45,525 nt of DNA, from the NCBI GenBank assembly GCA_964478615.1, contig CAYZJL010000001.1:1-45525 (forward strand). Reading direction: 5' to 3'. The notes beneath the pieces were generated by a model. It was not told where the DNA came from. It searched no databases and saw only the letters and a list, made by a program, of their open reading frames with translations. The position numbers were made by a program, and so were the translations under genes. This DNA comes from an uncultured Zetaproteobacteria bacterium (GTDB lineage Bacteria > Pseudomonadota > Zetaproteobacteria > Mariprofundales > Mariprofundaceae). Shown here in pieces: positions 36,887 through 45,525 of this stretch (position 1 is the first letter of the stretch; every line of letters starts with the position of its first letter).

Positions 36887-38085
36887 TTCACCAGCTGATT
36901 CATTTCAGCAATCGGTAATAGAATAGCCATCGCCAATGATCCGACACCGACCGCCATAAACATGACCAACAGGGGTTCTGCAATCGTTAACATGCGTTTG
37001 AGATTGCGCGATACCTCTTTTTCATAATGGTCGGCAATGCGCAATAACATTGAATCGAGCTTGCCACTCTGCTCTCCAACAGCCAGTAACTGGGTGGCCA
37101 TGGCGGGGATGTATCCACCTTTTTTCAGAGCGCTAGCCAGTGATTCGCCTTCGCGTAACGCTTCACGGGCATGTTCTCCCAATGCTTTTAATGGCAGTAG
37201 CGACCAGCTTTGATTGGCAATCAGCATGGCTGACAAGACAGGTACACCACCGGACAGGAGCATGCCCAGGGTGCGTGTAAAACGCGCTGTATCAATAGTG
37301 ATTAACAGTGTGGAAATGCCGGGTAGACGCATCAACCATACATCACGCCACTCTTGTGCCCATAGATTCCGCATCAGCAGATTGTAAGCCAGAATAAGGC
37401 CGGCAATGGCAACAATCAGCCAGCCGCCGTGGTCACGTAAAAAGTCAGAGAGGGCGATGACAATTTTGGTCAGGGTGGGTAGGTCACCACCAGCCCGCTC
37501 AAATACAGCCACCATTTTGGGTACCACAACAGCCATGAGAAATAACATCACCAAAATACCGAAACTCATAATGATGGCGGGGTAGAGGGTGGCTGATAAG
37601 AGCTCATTATTTAATGTCTGTCGATGTTCCAGAAGTTGCGCTAAACGAGAGGCAACGGCTTCCATCTGTCCTGTCTCTTCACCGGCTGCAATCATATTGC
37701 AGATCACTTCATCGAAATGTTGATCGCGCAAGGCATCTGCTAAAGAACCGCCTTCGAGTACTTTTTTGCGAATGGTAAACACAGCTCGCCTTGCCTGCTG
37801 GCGACTCATGCCTTCTGCCATGGATGAGAGTGTTTCAATCAACGGCATACCAGCTTCGATTAAGGTAGCCAGCTGCTGAAGGAACAGTACGGTCTCCGTA
37901 GCGTTCAGACGAGCTTGTCCGGCACTCTCTTTGCCTTTGTGTTGTTTCTCAACGGCACTAAGTTTGCGTACGATAAGCTTCTGAGATTTAAGTTTCTGGC
38001 GGGCGCTGCGTTCTGAGTCGGCTTCAACTTCGCCTCTCTTTTTGCGCCCCCTGCTATCGAGAGCCTCATAAGAAAATATACTCAT
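36883..38085 (-). CDS. gspF: T2SS inner-membrane platform protein F
   Basis: FSYEALD..G, QQLATLIEAGMPL, AGEETG, LYPAI, VGEQSGKLDSML and EPLL motifs. Confidence 0.96.
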   Translation of the reverse strand: MSIFSYEALDSRGRKKRGEVEADSERSARQKLKSQKLIVRKLSAVEKQHKGKESAGQARLNATETVLFLQQLATLIEAGMPLIETLSSMAEGMSRQQARRAVFTIRKKVLEGGSLADALRDQHFDEVICNMIAAGEETGQMEAVASRLAQLLEHRQTLNNELLSATLYPAIIMSFGILVMLFLMAVVVPKMVAVFERAGGDLPTLTKIVIALSDFLRDHGGWLIVAIAGLILAYNLLMRNLWAQEWRDVWLMRLPGISTLLITIDTARFTRTLGMLLSGGVPVLSAMLIANQSWSLLPLKALGEHAREALREGESLASALKKGGYIPAMATQLLAVGEQSGKLDSMLLRIADHYEKEVSRNLKRMLTIAEPLLVMFMAVGVGSLAMAILLPIAEMNQLVK

Positions 38086-38104
38086 ATCAATCTACTCGTG
38101 GTAG

Positions 38105-39646
38105 TCATGACTCTGTTGCTACCGCACCTTCCATGGTGACACGCAGTACTTCTTCAATGCTGGTGATACCAGCCGCGACATGGCGAGCCACATCCTGGCG
38201 CAAGGTGATCATATTTTCTTTTTTGGCGATACGTCGCATCGTTGGCAGCCCTTTGCCTTCATGGATAGCATTACGCATGGCGTCGGAAATGCGGGCCATC
38301 TCATAAATGGCGATACGTCCGATATAACCGGTGTCCATGCACTGATCACAGCCGTTGGCGTCGTAAATATATTCAACTTCGGCGTACTCATGCTGTTTTA
38401 TTTCCAGCATGTTCCAGTCGTCAGCCGTGACAGGGCGTTGTTGGCGGCAATGCGGACACAGGCGACGAACCAGGCGCTGGGCCTGAACCATAATCAGGGA
38501 GGAGGCGATCAGATAGGGTTCCAGCCCCATATCCTGCAAGCGCAAAATGGCTGAGAGTGCATCATTGGTATGCAGGGTGGCAAATACCAGATGGCCTGTT
38601 AATGAAGCCTGAATGGCAATTTCGGCCGTTTCCAGATCGCGAATTTCACCAATCATGACGATATCCGGATCCTGTCTCAGAATAGAGCGCAGGCCGGTTG
38701 CAAAGGTGACGCCGATTTTCGGTTGCACCTGCATCTGCCCGACTCCTTCAACCTGATATTCGATCGGGTCTTCAATGGTCATGACATTACGATTTTTACG
38801 GTCGACCTCCATCAGGCCTGCATAGAGCGTGGTACTTTTACCGGAGCCGGTAGGGCCGGTCACCAGTACAATGCCATGCGGAGCAGTAATGACCTCCTGC
38901 ATATTTTTCAGTTGCGGAGGGCTCATGCCCAGTTGTGGCAGCGTTAACATGGCAGAGCCACGGTCAAGCAGTCGCATTACCACCCGCTCACCGTGTGCAG
39001 TGGGTAGCAAGGAGACACGTACATCGACTTCCCTGCCTGCAATTTTGACGCGAAAACGCCCGTCTTGCGGGTGTCTTTTTTCAGCAATGTCCAGATCAGC
39101 CATTACTTTAACACGGCTGGTGATGGCTGCTTGGATGCCTTTGGGCGGTTGCACAATGGTATGCAGTACTCCATCAATACGAAAACGGACCAGAATGCGT
39201 GCTTCAAACGGTTCGATATGAATATCACTGGCGCGCTCTTTCAGGGCTTGCGAAATCAGTGTATTGACCAGACGAATGACAGGAGCATCGTCTTCAGATT
39301 CAAGCAGATCTCCGACCTCTTCGAGCTCGCGTGAGAGATCATCACCCCCCAGATCTTCCAGCATCTGTTCAGCTGAAGCTGAGGCCATATCAAAGACCTG
39401 ATTCAAGGCAGTCAATAAGGTCTCTTTGGGTACCAGTATGGGCTCTACTTCGGCACCGAACAGGCGACGGCAATCATCCAGCAATTCCCACGGCCATGCA
39501 TTTTCAGCGCAGACTGCGATTGGATTCTTTTCCTTTTCTGTCGGTTTCAGCGGTAAGACAAGGCCTGCACGCAATACAGGCAATGAGAAACGCAATACCC
39601 GTTCAATATCAACGAGTTCACTACTCAGTCGGGCGATCTGTTTCAA
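38105..39646 (-). CDS. gspE: T2SS ATPase E
   Basis: ASDIHIEP, Walker A GPTGSGKST, TIEDPIEY, LRQDPD..MIGEIRD, TGHLVFATLHTN and the CxxC...CxxC Zn motif. TTG start. Confidence 0.97.
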   Translation of the reverse strand: MKQIARLSSELVDIERVLRFSLPVLRAGLVLPLKPTEKEKNPIAVCAENAWPWELLDDCRRLFGAEVEPILVPKETLLTALNQVFDMASASAEQMLEDLGGDDLSRELEEVGDLLESEDDAPVIRLVNTLISQALKERASDIHIEPFEARILVRFRIDGVLHTIVQPPKGIQAAITSRVKVMADLDIAEKRHPQDGRFRVKIAGREVDVRVSLLPTAHGERVVMRLLDRGSAMLTLPQLGMSPPQLKNMQEVITAPHGIVLVTGPTGSGKSTTLYAGLMEVDRKNRNVMTIEDPIEYQVEGVGQMQVQPKIGVTFATGLRSILRQDPDIVMIGEIRDLETAEIAIQASLTGHLVFATLHTNDALSAILRLQDMGLEPYLIASSLIMVQAQRLVRRLCPHCRQQRPVTADDWNMLEIKQHEYAEVEYIYDANGCDQCMDTGYIGRIAIYEMARISDAMRNAIHEGKGLPTMRRIAKKENMITLRQDVARHVAAGITSIEEVLRVTMEGAVATES

Positions 39647-39659
39647 TTGACTGGCTCTA

Positions 39660-41597
39660 TCACGGGGTTGGTTGAGCTGAGCTGTTTGTTGGCGACGGTA
39701 TTAAATCAGTAGGTAATTTCTTTTCTTTTTGAGGGAAAAGTATGGTGCCGCCTTGCACTTGGTTTTCATAAAGCTGTTTAATCTGAATGTACTTTTTATC
39801 TGTGATCTCGCCAATTTGATTGGTGCTTTTAATGACGCTGGGTTTAAGAAAGACCATGAGATTGGTTTTTGTTTTGATGTTTTCGGTGAATTTGAATGCC
39901 TCACCAAGTAAGGGGACTGCACCGAGGCAGGGGACGCGTTGTACGCTGGTTGTTGTGTCATCACGCATCAATCCACCGAGCACTATCATTTCACCATGGT
40001 TTGCGAGTACAACAGTTTTAATGGAGCGTTTTTTAGTAATGAGATCAGAGCCAGTAACGCCGGGTGTTTTGTCGATAGCGGATATTTCCTGAAATATTTC
40101 CAGGCGTACGGAGTCGCCTTCTGAAATTTGTGGCTTCACTCGAAGTGTCAGACCGATGTCTTTGCGTTCAATCGTCTGGAATGGGTTGGGGTTGGCGACT
40201 CCCGTTGAAGAGCTTGTTCCGGTAATGAAAGGCACATTTTGCCCTACAATGATTTCAGCCTCTTCATTGTCCATGGTGAGGATGTTCGGTGTGGATAATA
40301 TATTGGCATCATTATCGGCTTGCAGGGCATGAACTAATGCACCAATAGAGAGCGCATTGTTGATGACTCCTAATGTTAGCCCGGTAGGCGATGCCGATGT
40401 AAGAGCTAAGGCTGTGCTGGCAGGGGTTGCTAGTACCGCATTGGCTGATAATGCCGTGCCGACAGGTTTGATGTTTTGAAAGTTTTGTACACTTGCTCCG
40501 ATACCACTTGTCGCCATCCACTCCACACCAAAACGTTCGGTAGCATTCCCACTGACTTCGACAATCAGGGCTTCTACCAGTACCTGACGGCGACGAATAT
40601 CCAGTCTGTCGATGATGCGCCCAACGGCTTTGATATCGCTGGGGTCTGCTGTAATCAGTAATGCATTGGTCGGTGCATCTGCCACTACTTTCACTTCACC
40701 GGCAAACAGAGCTTTTGCCTGTCCCGGTTTTACTGTGGTGGCCGTCTGTCCACCAACAAGTTCATTGATGACTTTCGCCACATCTACGGCATTGGCATGT
40801 TTAAGATAGCGTACCTGCAACCGCCCGCTATCGGATTCCGGTGCAATATCGAGGCGTTCGATGACACCTGCAACTTCATTGATGATTTGCGGTGCGGCGA
40901 CAACAATCAGCATGTTACCCGGCTGGTGGGCTAAGGCTTTGACAGCCCCTTTTTGAGCACCGGGCGTATTGGCGGCATACAGGGTGGTCAGTGTGGTGGC
41001 AAGTTTATCAGCGGACGCATGTTTGAGCGTGAACAGTTGTACGCCAACGGCATCTTTTCTATCCAGTAAATTCATGATGCGCTGAATGCGTTTGATGTTG
41101 CTGGCGCTGTCGGTGAGCAGTAACATGTTGCCACGCGGATAGGCTACCAGATGGCTGTTGGGGGAGATCAGAGGGCGAATCAGTGCGACCAGCTGTTGTG
41201 CATCGGCATAACGCAATTTCATGACTTGCGTGACCATGGAGTCATCACTCACTCCTTGCTTCATGCGTACCGGCAAGGCTTTCTGTTTACTTTCTGCCCG
41301 AGGAACAATTTTGGTAATCGATGCGCCCGGAACAGTGGCGAAACCATTAACCTCCAGTACGGAAAGAAATACTTCATAGGCATGTTCTTGGGAAATTGGG
41401 GTGGGTGATACAATGGTAACCTTGCCTTTGACGCGATTATCCACAAGAAAGTTTTTACCGGAAAAGCCCGCTACAAATTCAATAAAGGCGCGAATATCAG
41501 CATTTTTGAAGTTTAAGGTAATGTCTTTAGCTATGGCCAAAGGAATACTGATAAACGTTGAAAAGCACAATGCTATAACGATATGTTTCAATTTCAT
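39660..41597 (-). CDS. gspD: T2SS secretin D
   Basis: LNFKNADI..FI (N0), repeated LKHAxA N-domains, QVLVEALIVEV, ILSTPNILTMDNEEAEIIVGQNVPF and KTNLMVFLKP. Signal peptide from ATG 41597 (ORF open from 41831). Confidence 0.97.
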   Translation of the reverse strand: MKLKHIVIALCFSTFISIPLAIAKDITLNFKNADIRAFIEFVAGFSGKNFLVDNRVKGKVTIVSPTPISQEHAYEVFLSVLEVNGFATVPGASITKIVPRAESKQKALPVRMKQGVSDDSMVTQVMKLRYADAQQLVALIRPLISPNSHLVAYPRGNMLLLTDSASNIKRIQRIMNLLDRKDAVGVQLFTLKHASADKLATTLTTLYAANTPGAQKGAVKALAHQPGNMLIVVAAPQIINEVAGVIERLDIAPESDSGRLQVRYLKHANAVDVAKVINELVGGQTATTVKPGQAKALFAGEVKVVADAPTNALLITADPSDIKAVGRIIDRLDIRRRQVLVEALIVEVSGNATERFGVEWMATSGIGASVQNFQNIKPVGTALSANAVLATPASTALALTSASPTGLTLGVINNALSIGALVHALQADNDANILSTPNILTMDNEEAEIIVGQNVPFITGTSSSTGVANPNPFQTIERKDIGLTLRVKPQISEGDSVRLEIFQEISAIDKTPGVTGSDLITKKRSIKTVVLANHGEMIVLGGLMRDDTTTSVQRVPCLGAVPLLGEAFKFTENIKTKTNLMVFLKPSVIKSTNQIGEITDKKYIQIKQLYENQVQGGTILFPQKEKKLPTDLIPSPTNSSAQPTP

Positions 41598-41704
41598 TGC
41601 TGCCCCGGAAAACCATTTCTTAATGCAGGCATCATAGTGAATTGCCCGTGAGTGACCAGCACTCATTCGTTTGATCTCGCCTAGTGTAGTCTGTTTTTTC
41701 ATTT

Positions 41705-41721
41705 TTGGCGTAAGATATGCT
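41705..41721 (+). promoter_or_regulatory. Candidate sigma-54 (-24/-12) promoter upstream of the DedA-GGDEF* gene
   Basis: TTGGCGTAAGATATGCT has correct GG-N10-GC spacing, with three mismatches to TGGCAC-N5-TTGCW, ~135 bp upstream of ATG 41855. Confidence 0.4.
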
Positions 41722-41854
41722 TTGTCTGATGAGACTTTGTCAGAGATTATGATCGTGCGTAATAGTTTATAGTGTTGCAGGGTGATGCTTTTGCAGTTGA
41801 AAGAACGTGCATGTAGTTCATCATAAGTCATGTTGTGGAATAAGGGGAGTGCAA

Positions 41855-42871
41855 ATGGATATGGAGTTCGCCAAGCAGATGATTGACCAATATGGCTATC
41901 TGGCTGTGTTTTTATCTACCGTGATTGAAGGGGAAGTTGTTGTGTTGGCTGCCGCTGCACTGGCGTCTTTGGGGATGCTGGAAGCGCATTGGGTGATTGC
42001 AGCATCGGCTGCCGGTGCTTTTGTCGGGCATATTCTGCTTTTTGCGGTTGGCCGATGGAAAGGTATGCAGATTGTTGAAGCATTACCGTTATTGCGGCGT
42101 CACTATCCCACGGCCAACAAAATCATGGATGATTATGCCAATTGGTCGGTGTTCATTTTTCAATATCTGTATGGCATGCGCATTATTTCAGCGATTCTGT
42201 TTGGGTGCTCAACGATAAGCGCCAGTCGCTTCTTCTTTTTGCAAATGATTAACTGTATTATTTGGTCGTTTGTAGTCTATTTTGCAGGGCATATGATAGG
42301 TCTGGTGGCGATGCAGTTATTTGAGATGATAGGGATTTACGGTCTGCTTGCGGTGATCGTGATATTTGGCTTGGTTGTATTGAAGCTGTACCACAGTTTT
42401 GGCCATCATCACGTTATGGCCTTTCTATCGAGCGGTCGTAAAGTAGGTATGGAACAGACCAATGAGGGTGAGGGTAGGCATTTTGTCCTGGAACAGCTGG
42501 ATTACCATATGGGGCTGGCAAGGCGCAGTGAGCAGCCGTTAACGCTATTGTTAATTAAACTGCCGGAAAAAGATAAAAAGAAGAACAGACTGACGCTTAA
42601 ATTTATTACCAAAGAGTTAAGTATGCTGTTGCGAGAGGGAGATATACCGGCACGTTTTTCGCATGATACGTTCGCCATTATTTCTCCAAGCACGACTGAA
42701 GAGAATGCTAAAAAATCTGTGCGCCGTTTGATGATCCAGATGAAAACAGACTTGCCTAAACATGCACACCTTGCGCCCATGTGTATTGGTTACTCTGAGT
42801 GGCATCTTAACAAGGGATCTGGACAACTGTTGGATGAGGCATATGGCAGCATGGTGCCGCTTACATCATAA
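41855..42871 (+). CDS. DedA/VTT-family membrane protein fused to a degenerate GGDEF domain
   Basis: DedA motifs YGYLAVF..IEGE, FAVGRWKG and QYLYGMR. The C-terminal domain ARRSEQPLTLLLI...LLREGDIPARFSHDTFAII has GGDEF replaced by SHDTF with RxxD retained. ATG at 41855 follows AAGGGGAG. Confidence 0.85.
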   Translation: MDMEFAKQMIDQYGYLAVFLSTVIEGEVVVLAAAALASLGMLEAHWVIAASAAGAFVGHILLFAVGRWKGMQIVEALPLLRRHYPTANKIMDDYANWSVFIFQYLYGMRIISAILFGCSTISASRFFFLQMINCIIWSFVVYFAGHMIGLVAMQLFEMIGIYGLLAVIVIFGLVVLKLYHSFGHHHVMAFLSSGRKVGMEQTNEGEGRHFVLEQLDYHMGLARRSEQPLTLLLIKLPEKDKKKNRLTLKFITKELSMLLREGDIPARFSHDTFAIISPSTTEENAKKSVRRLMIQMKTDLPKHAHLAPMCIGYSEWHLNKGSGQLLDEAYGSMVPLTS

Positions 42872-42900
42872 ATAAACGTCTCTGATTAGGCAGGGTGAAA

Positions 42901-43461
42901 TCACTGTCCGCCACGAACTAGCCGGACAAGCATGGGGGTGTTTTTTGAGAGGGCTAAATCACGACCGTTGAGGAAGTTTACAAACCATGCATTGGCGGGG
43001 GAAGTACTTGCGCTCTGTGATGATGACCAATACAGAGCGCTGATCGTCGCTGGAAAAACCGTGGCATTGATGGCGGGTGAATTGCACTGATCCTCCACAA
43101 TGGAGTGCAATTCTTTCAGGTTTGGCAGCCGCCAGTCGGAGTGGCCCGCAAACAGGAGTGTGTTATTTGCAGCAGCCTGTTGCAGTGCGCCCTGCCATAA
43201 AAAGCTTGTAGTGCTTGTTGCTACACAGTTTGCACCACTTAGTCCTTCAGAACATTGCTTCCACATCAGGCCTGTCTTGCTATGCGTGATTGTACCATCC
43301 AGGTTATCTACAAAAGCAGCAGTTGGTGTGCTGGCGACAATGCTGGTTGCGTTGCATACTTGTGCAGCGATGGCCTGCGTACTGCAGGTTAGTATAAGCA
43401 TTACAAACAGGATCAGCTGTCTCATATTTACTCGTCTTCTTGCTGATGGGTCGTGTTGCAT
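42901..43461 (-). CDS. Secreted DUF1566 (Lcl C-terminal-like) domain protein
   Basis: DNLDGTIT...TGLMWKQC, FAGHSDWRLPNLKELHSIV, YWSSS, AWFVNF and VRLVRGG motifs. Signal peptide from ATG 43425; a TAATG-coupled start at 43461 is also possible. Confidence 0.9.
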   Translation of the reverse strand: MQHDPSARRRVNMRQLILFVMLILTCSTQAIAAQVCNATSIVASTPTAAFVDNLDGTITHSKTGLMWKQCSEGLSGANCVATSTTSFLWQGALQQAAANNTLLFAGHSDWRLPNLKELHSIVEDQCNSPAINATVFPATISALYWSSSQSASTSPANAWFVNFLNGRDLALSKNTPMLVRLVRGGQ

Positions 43462-45326
43462 TATAAACCTCCACGCACCAGACGAATGCGATAGGGCGTA
43501 CTTTTTGTGCCAGTATTGGCACTGCCGGTAGTGTTGCTAAGGGAAAAATCAACATACCATGCAGAGGCGCTATCCCGTGCAGTTGCACTCCAATATTTAT
43601 TGCCAATGCTGTTTGTAAAATATGCAGTGTCGATGGCCGGACCGGGCGAAGCAATGCTGTAGTCGAGAACAGAGCGCAACGCCTCCTTGCCCGGTAAGCG
43701 CCAGTCTGAATGTCCACATAACCCTGCACCATTAACAGCAGCAATATATTTTTCTGTGTCACAATTTACAGCATCTGCACATGTACCTAAATTGGCACTG
43801 CCAGCTGCGCCGCCATTGCTGGTGTTATTATTGTTCAGCCAGCTATAGGTGTGATTTTTATTACGTAATCCCGCCGCGTTACTTTTTACTTCCCACATTA
43901 ATCCGGTGGTTTGATCCAGCACGCATGTTCCAGGCAGTGTCTGGTTGCTCAGAGGAGCGCCGGTTGCATCCAGCTTGGTGAATGAGAAGCCCAATTTTCC
44001 ATCAGTCGCACTGTTCAATAACACGTTGGCATCGCGGCCAAAATCGGCATCCTGGCGTGGGAAATTTACCTGGCTTACTGTAAGGTTATTGTTTGTAGCG
44101 TTCCCCCACAAGGCGATACCGGTATCATTCAAGTATGCAGCATCATCATTGAGAATCGTGCCGGTTGCAGTTGCTGTTGAAATAGTTGCATTGACTGCGT
44201 TGCTCAGAGTGACGCTTAATGTTTCATTGGATTCAAAGGTGATTGTGTCAGCGGCAACAAGCACGGTGACTGTGCCTGATGTAAGCCCTGCTGCTATGTT
44301 CAGCGTAGCAGCGCCTGCGGTATAATCACTGCTGGAAAGGGCTGTGCCATCAGCAGTTGCATAGTTTACAGATACGATGTTGGGGGCGGCGACAGAGAGG
44401 GTAATGTTAAAGATAAGGTTTGTGCTGCCGAGATTACTGCCTTCTACCACACTGGCGTTGCTGATAGAGAGGGTGGGAAGATCATCATTGATAATGGTTG
44501 CAGTAGCCGAGGCGCTGTTGATTGTAGCTGCGGTTGCATTGCTAAGGGTCACGGTGAACGTTTCATCCGGTTCATTGGTCGTGTCGCCGTTGACAAGCAC
44601 AGTGATTGTTCCGGATGATGCTCCGGACGGGATGGTTAACGTCGCGTTAGCGGCCAGATAGTCACTACCGGCTAAGGCGGTAGCATTGCTTGTTGCATAG
44701 TTCACCGTGATAGCGGCTAAGGAAGTGGCACTCAGTGTTACTGTGAAAAGCATATTTGATGTGCCGACATTGCCCTCTGTCACACTGCTGTTGGCGATGG
44801 ATAGTGTTGGAAAATCGTCATTCACTATCGTTGCAGTGGCCTGTGCTATGGCGATAGTGGCAGCAGTTGGTCTACTGAGATTTAGTGTAAATGTTTCATC
44901 CGCCTCGATAGAGAGGTCGCCTTTGACAACAACAGTAATCGTCGCTGTTGTACTGTTTGCCGGAATCGTCAACAGGCCATTGACCGCTGTATAATCACTG
45001 CCTGCCAGTGCAGTAGCATTGGCTGTTGCATAGTTCACCGTGATAGCGGTAGTGGAAGCCGTGCTCAGTGTTACTGTGAAAAGCATATTTGATGTGCCGG
45101 CATTGCCCTCAGTCATTGTGATGTTGGTAATGGAGAGCACAGGCAGAGGTTCACCGGGATATGCGCGATCTTTTGTACATCCGGCAAGTATAAGCAGGGA
45201 TGTCAGCAATATAAGCAGTGCTAATTTAACTGTTCCGGTAGAAGATAATAGGGGGTGGAATGTGACAGCGAGGGTTTGATGAATGAAATGTATTTGCTGG
45301 TCTGGATGATTATGCTCGCACTTCAT
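43461..45326 (-). CDS. Lipoprotein with three Calx-beta domains and a C-terminal DUF1566 domain
   Basis: Lipobox LILAG|C. Three LSI.N....EG....FTVTLS....VNYAT...TA..GSDY...E.DETF...LS...NDD repeats. LNDTGI...QDADFGRD, GLMWEVK, CGHSDWRLP and IRLVRGG motifs. Confidence 0.9.
   Translation of the reverse strand: MKCEHNHPDQQIHFIHQTLAVTFHPLLSSTGTVKLALLILLTSLLILAGCTKDRAYPGEPLPVLSITNITMTEGNAGTSNMLFTVTLSTASTTAITVNYATANATALAGSDYTAVNGLLTIPANSTTATITVVVKGDLSIEADETFTLNLSRPTAATIAIAQATATIVNDDFPTLSIANSSVTEGNVGTSNMLFTVTLSATSLAAITVNYATSNATALAGSDYLAANATLTIPSGASSGTITVLVNGDTTNEPDETFTVTLSNATAATINSASATATIINDDLPTLSISNASVVEGSNLGSTNLIFNITLSVAAPNIVSVNYATADGTALSSSDYTAGAATLNIAAGLTSGTVTVLVAADTITFESNETLSVTLSNAVNATISTATATGTILNDDAAYLNDTGIALWGNATNNNLTVSQVNFPRQDADFGRDANVLLNSATDGKLGFSFTKLDATGAPLSNQTLPGTCVLDQTTGLMWEVKSNAAGLRNKNHTYSWLNNNNTSNGGAAGSANLGTCADAVNCDTEKYIAAVNGAGLCGHSDWRLPGKEALRSVLDYSIASPGPAIDTAYFTNSIGNKYWSATARDSASAWYVDFSLSNTTGSANTGTKSTPYRIRLVRGGL
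44731..45099. repeat. Nucleotide-level repeat between Calx-beta domains 1 and 2 (333-bp period)
   Basis: CTCAGTGTTACTGTGAAAAGCATATTTGATGTGCCG (36 bp) is identical at 44731-44766 and 45064-45099. TGTTGCATAGTTCACCGTGATAGCGG is also duplicated at the same offset. Confidence 0.85.
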
Positions 45327-45525
45327 TCAAGGTACCTTTATTTTTTCTATAGTCTGTAAATGAGGTCTGTTTTATTGCAAAGCAGTGCTTCTCTATTCTC
45401 AGTTAATGTAATGAGTGTTTCAGTAGCTGAACACTAACCGGGAAACTTGTGCAAACAAGCGTCTGTAGAGGCTGGTGATTTACAGTGAACAGAAATTAAC
45501 GTTAAGCTACCGATAAAAAGAGAAA

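Noticed and set aside
41598-41854. Long N-terminal extensions of GspD (from 41831) and DedA (from 41807), implying overlapping divergent genes
   Set aside because: The signal peptide and Shine-Dalgarno positions favour starts at 41597 and 41855, so the extensions are ORF-caller artefacts.
42500-42871. Active diguanylate cyclase
   Set aside because: The active-site motif is SHDTF rather than GG(D/E)EF, and the upstream metal-binding DxD motif is missing (LLLIKL).
42901-45525. Diversity-generating retroelement targeting the DUF1566 C-termini
   Set aside because: No reverse transcriptase or adenine-variant template repeat is visible in this window. A remote DGR elsewhere in the genome cannot be excluded.

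Overview
A bacterial chromosomal segment, proteobacterial by gene content. It is dominated by a minus-strand type II secretion (T2SS) cluster, gspD-E-F ... gspG-H-I-J-K-L-M, split by a ~24.6-kb four-gene block. The block encodes a small membrane protein, a YidD-like protein, a small outer-membrane beta-barrel and a ~7,600-aa Sec-exported surface protein. The giant protein has 18 tandem ~394-aa modules (one choice-of-anchor-L-like domain plus two HYR/Ig-like domains), then Ig-like domains, Asp-rich Ca-binding-type repeats, a choice-of-anchor-U-like domain and a Gly-rich/Cys/transmembrane/basic C-terminal sorting signal (JDVT-CTERM-like). It contains a ~2.2-kb near-identical internal duplication. 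Divergent from gspD is a DedA membrane protein fused to a degenerate GGDEF domain that keeps the RxxD I-site, a candidate c-di-GMP receptor. The best candidate for an undescribed system is this set: T2SS, giant C-terminally anchored adhesin-like protein, accessory envelope genes and DedA-GGDEF*. The left flank has a small structured repeat element, Mrr-like restriction gene remnants, an EEP nuclease, ppiA and an rsbW-like/STAS/ubiD/Sel1 operon. The right flank has two DUF1566 (Lcl-like) proteins, one a Calx-beta lipoprotein. All family assignments come from recognising motifs by eye; no searches were run.
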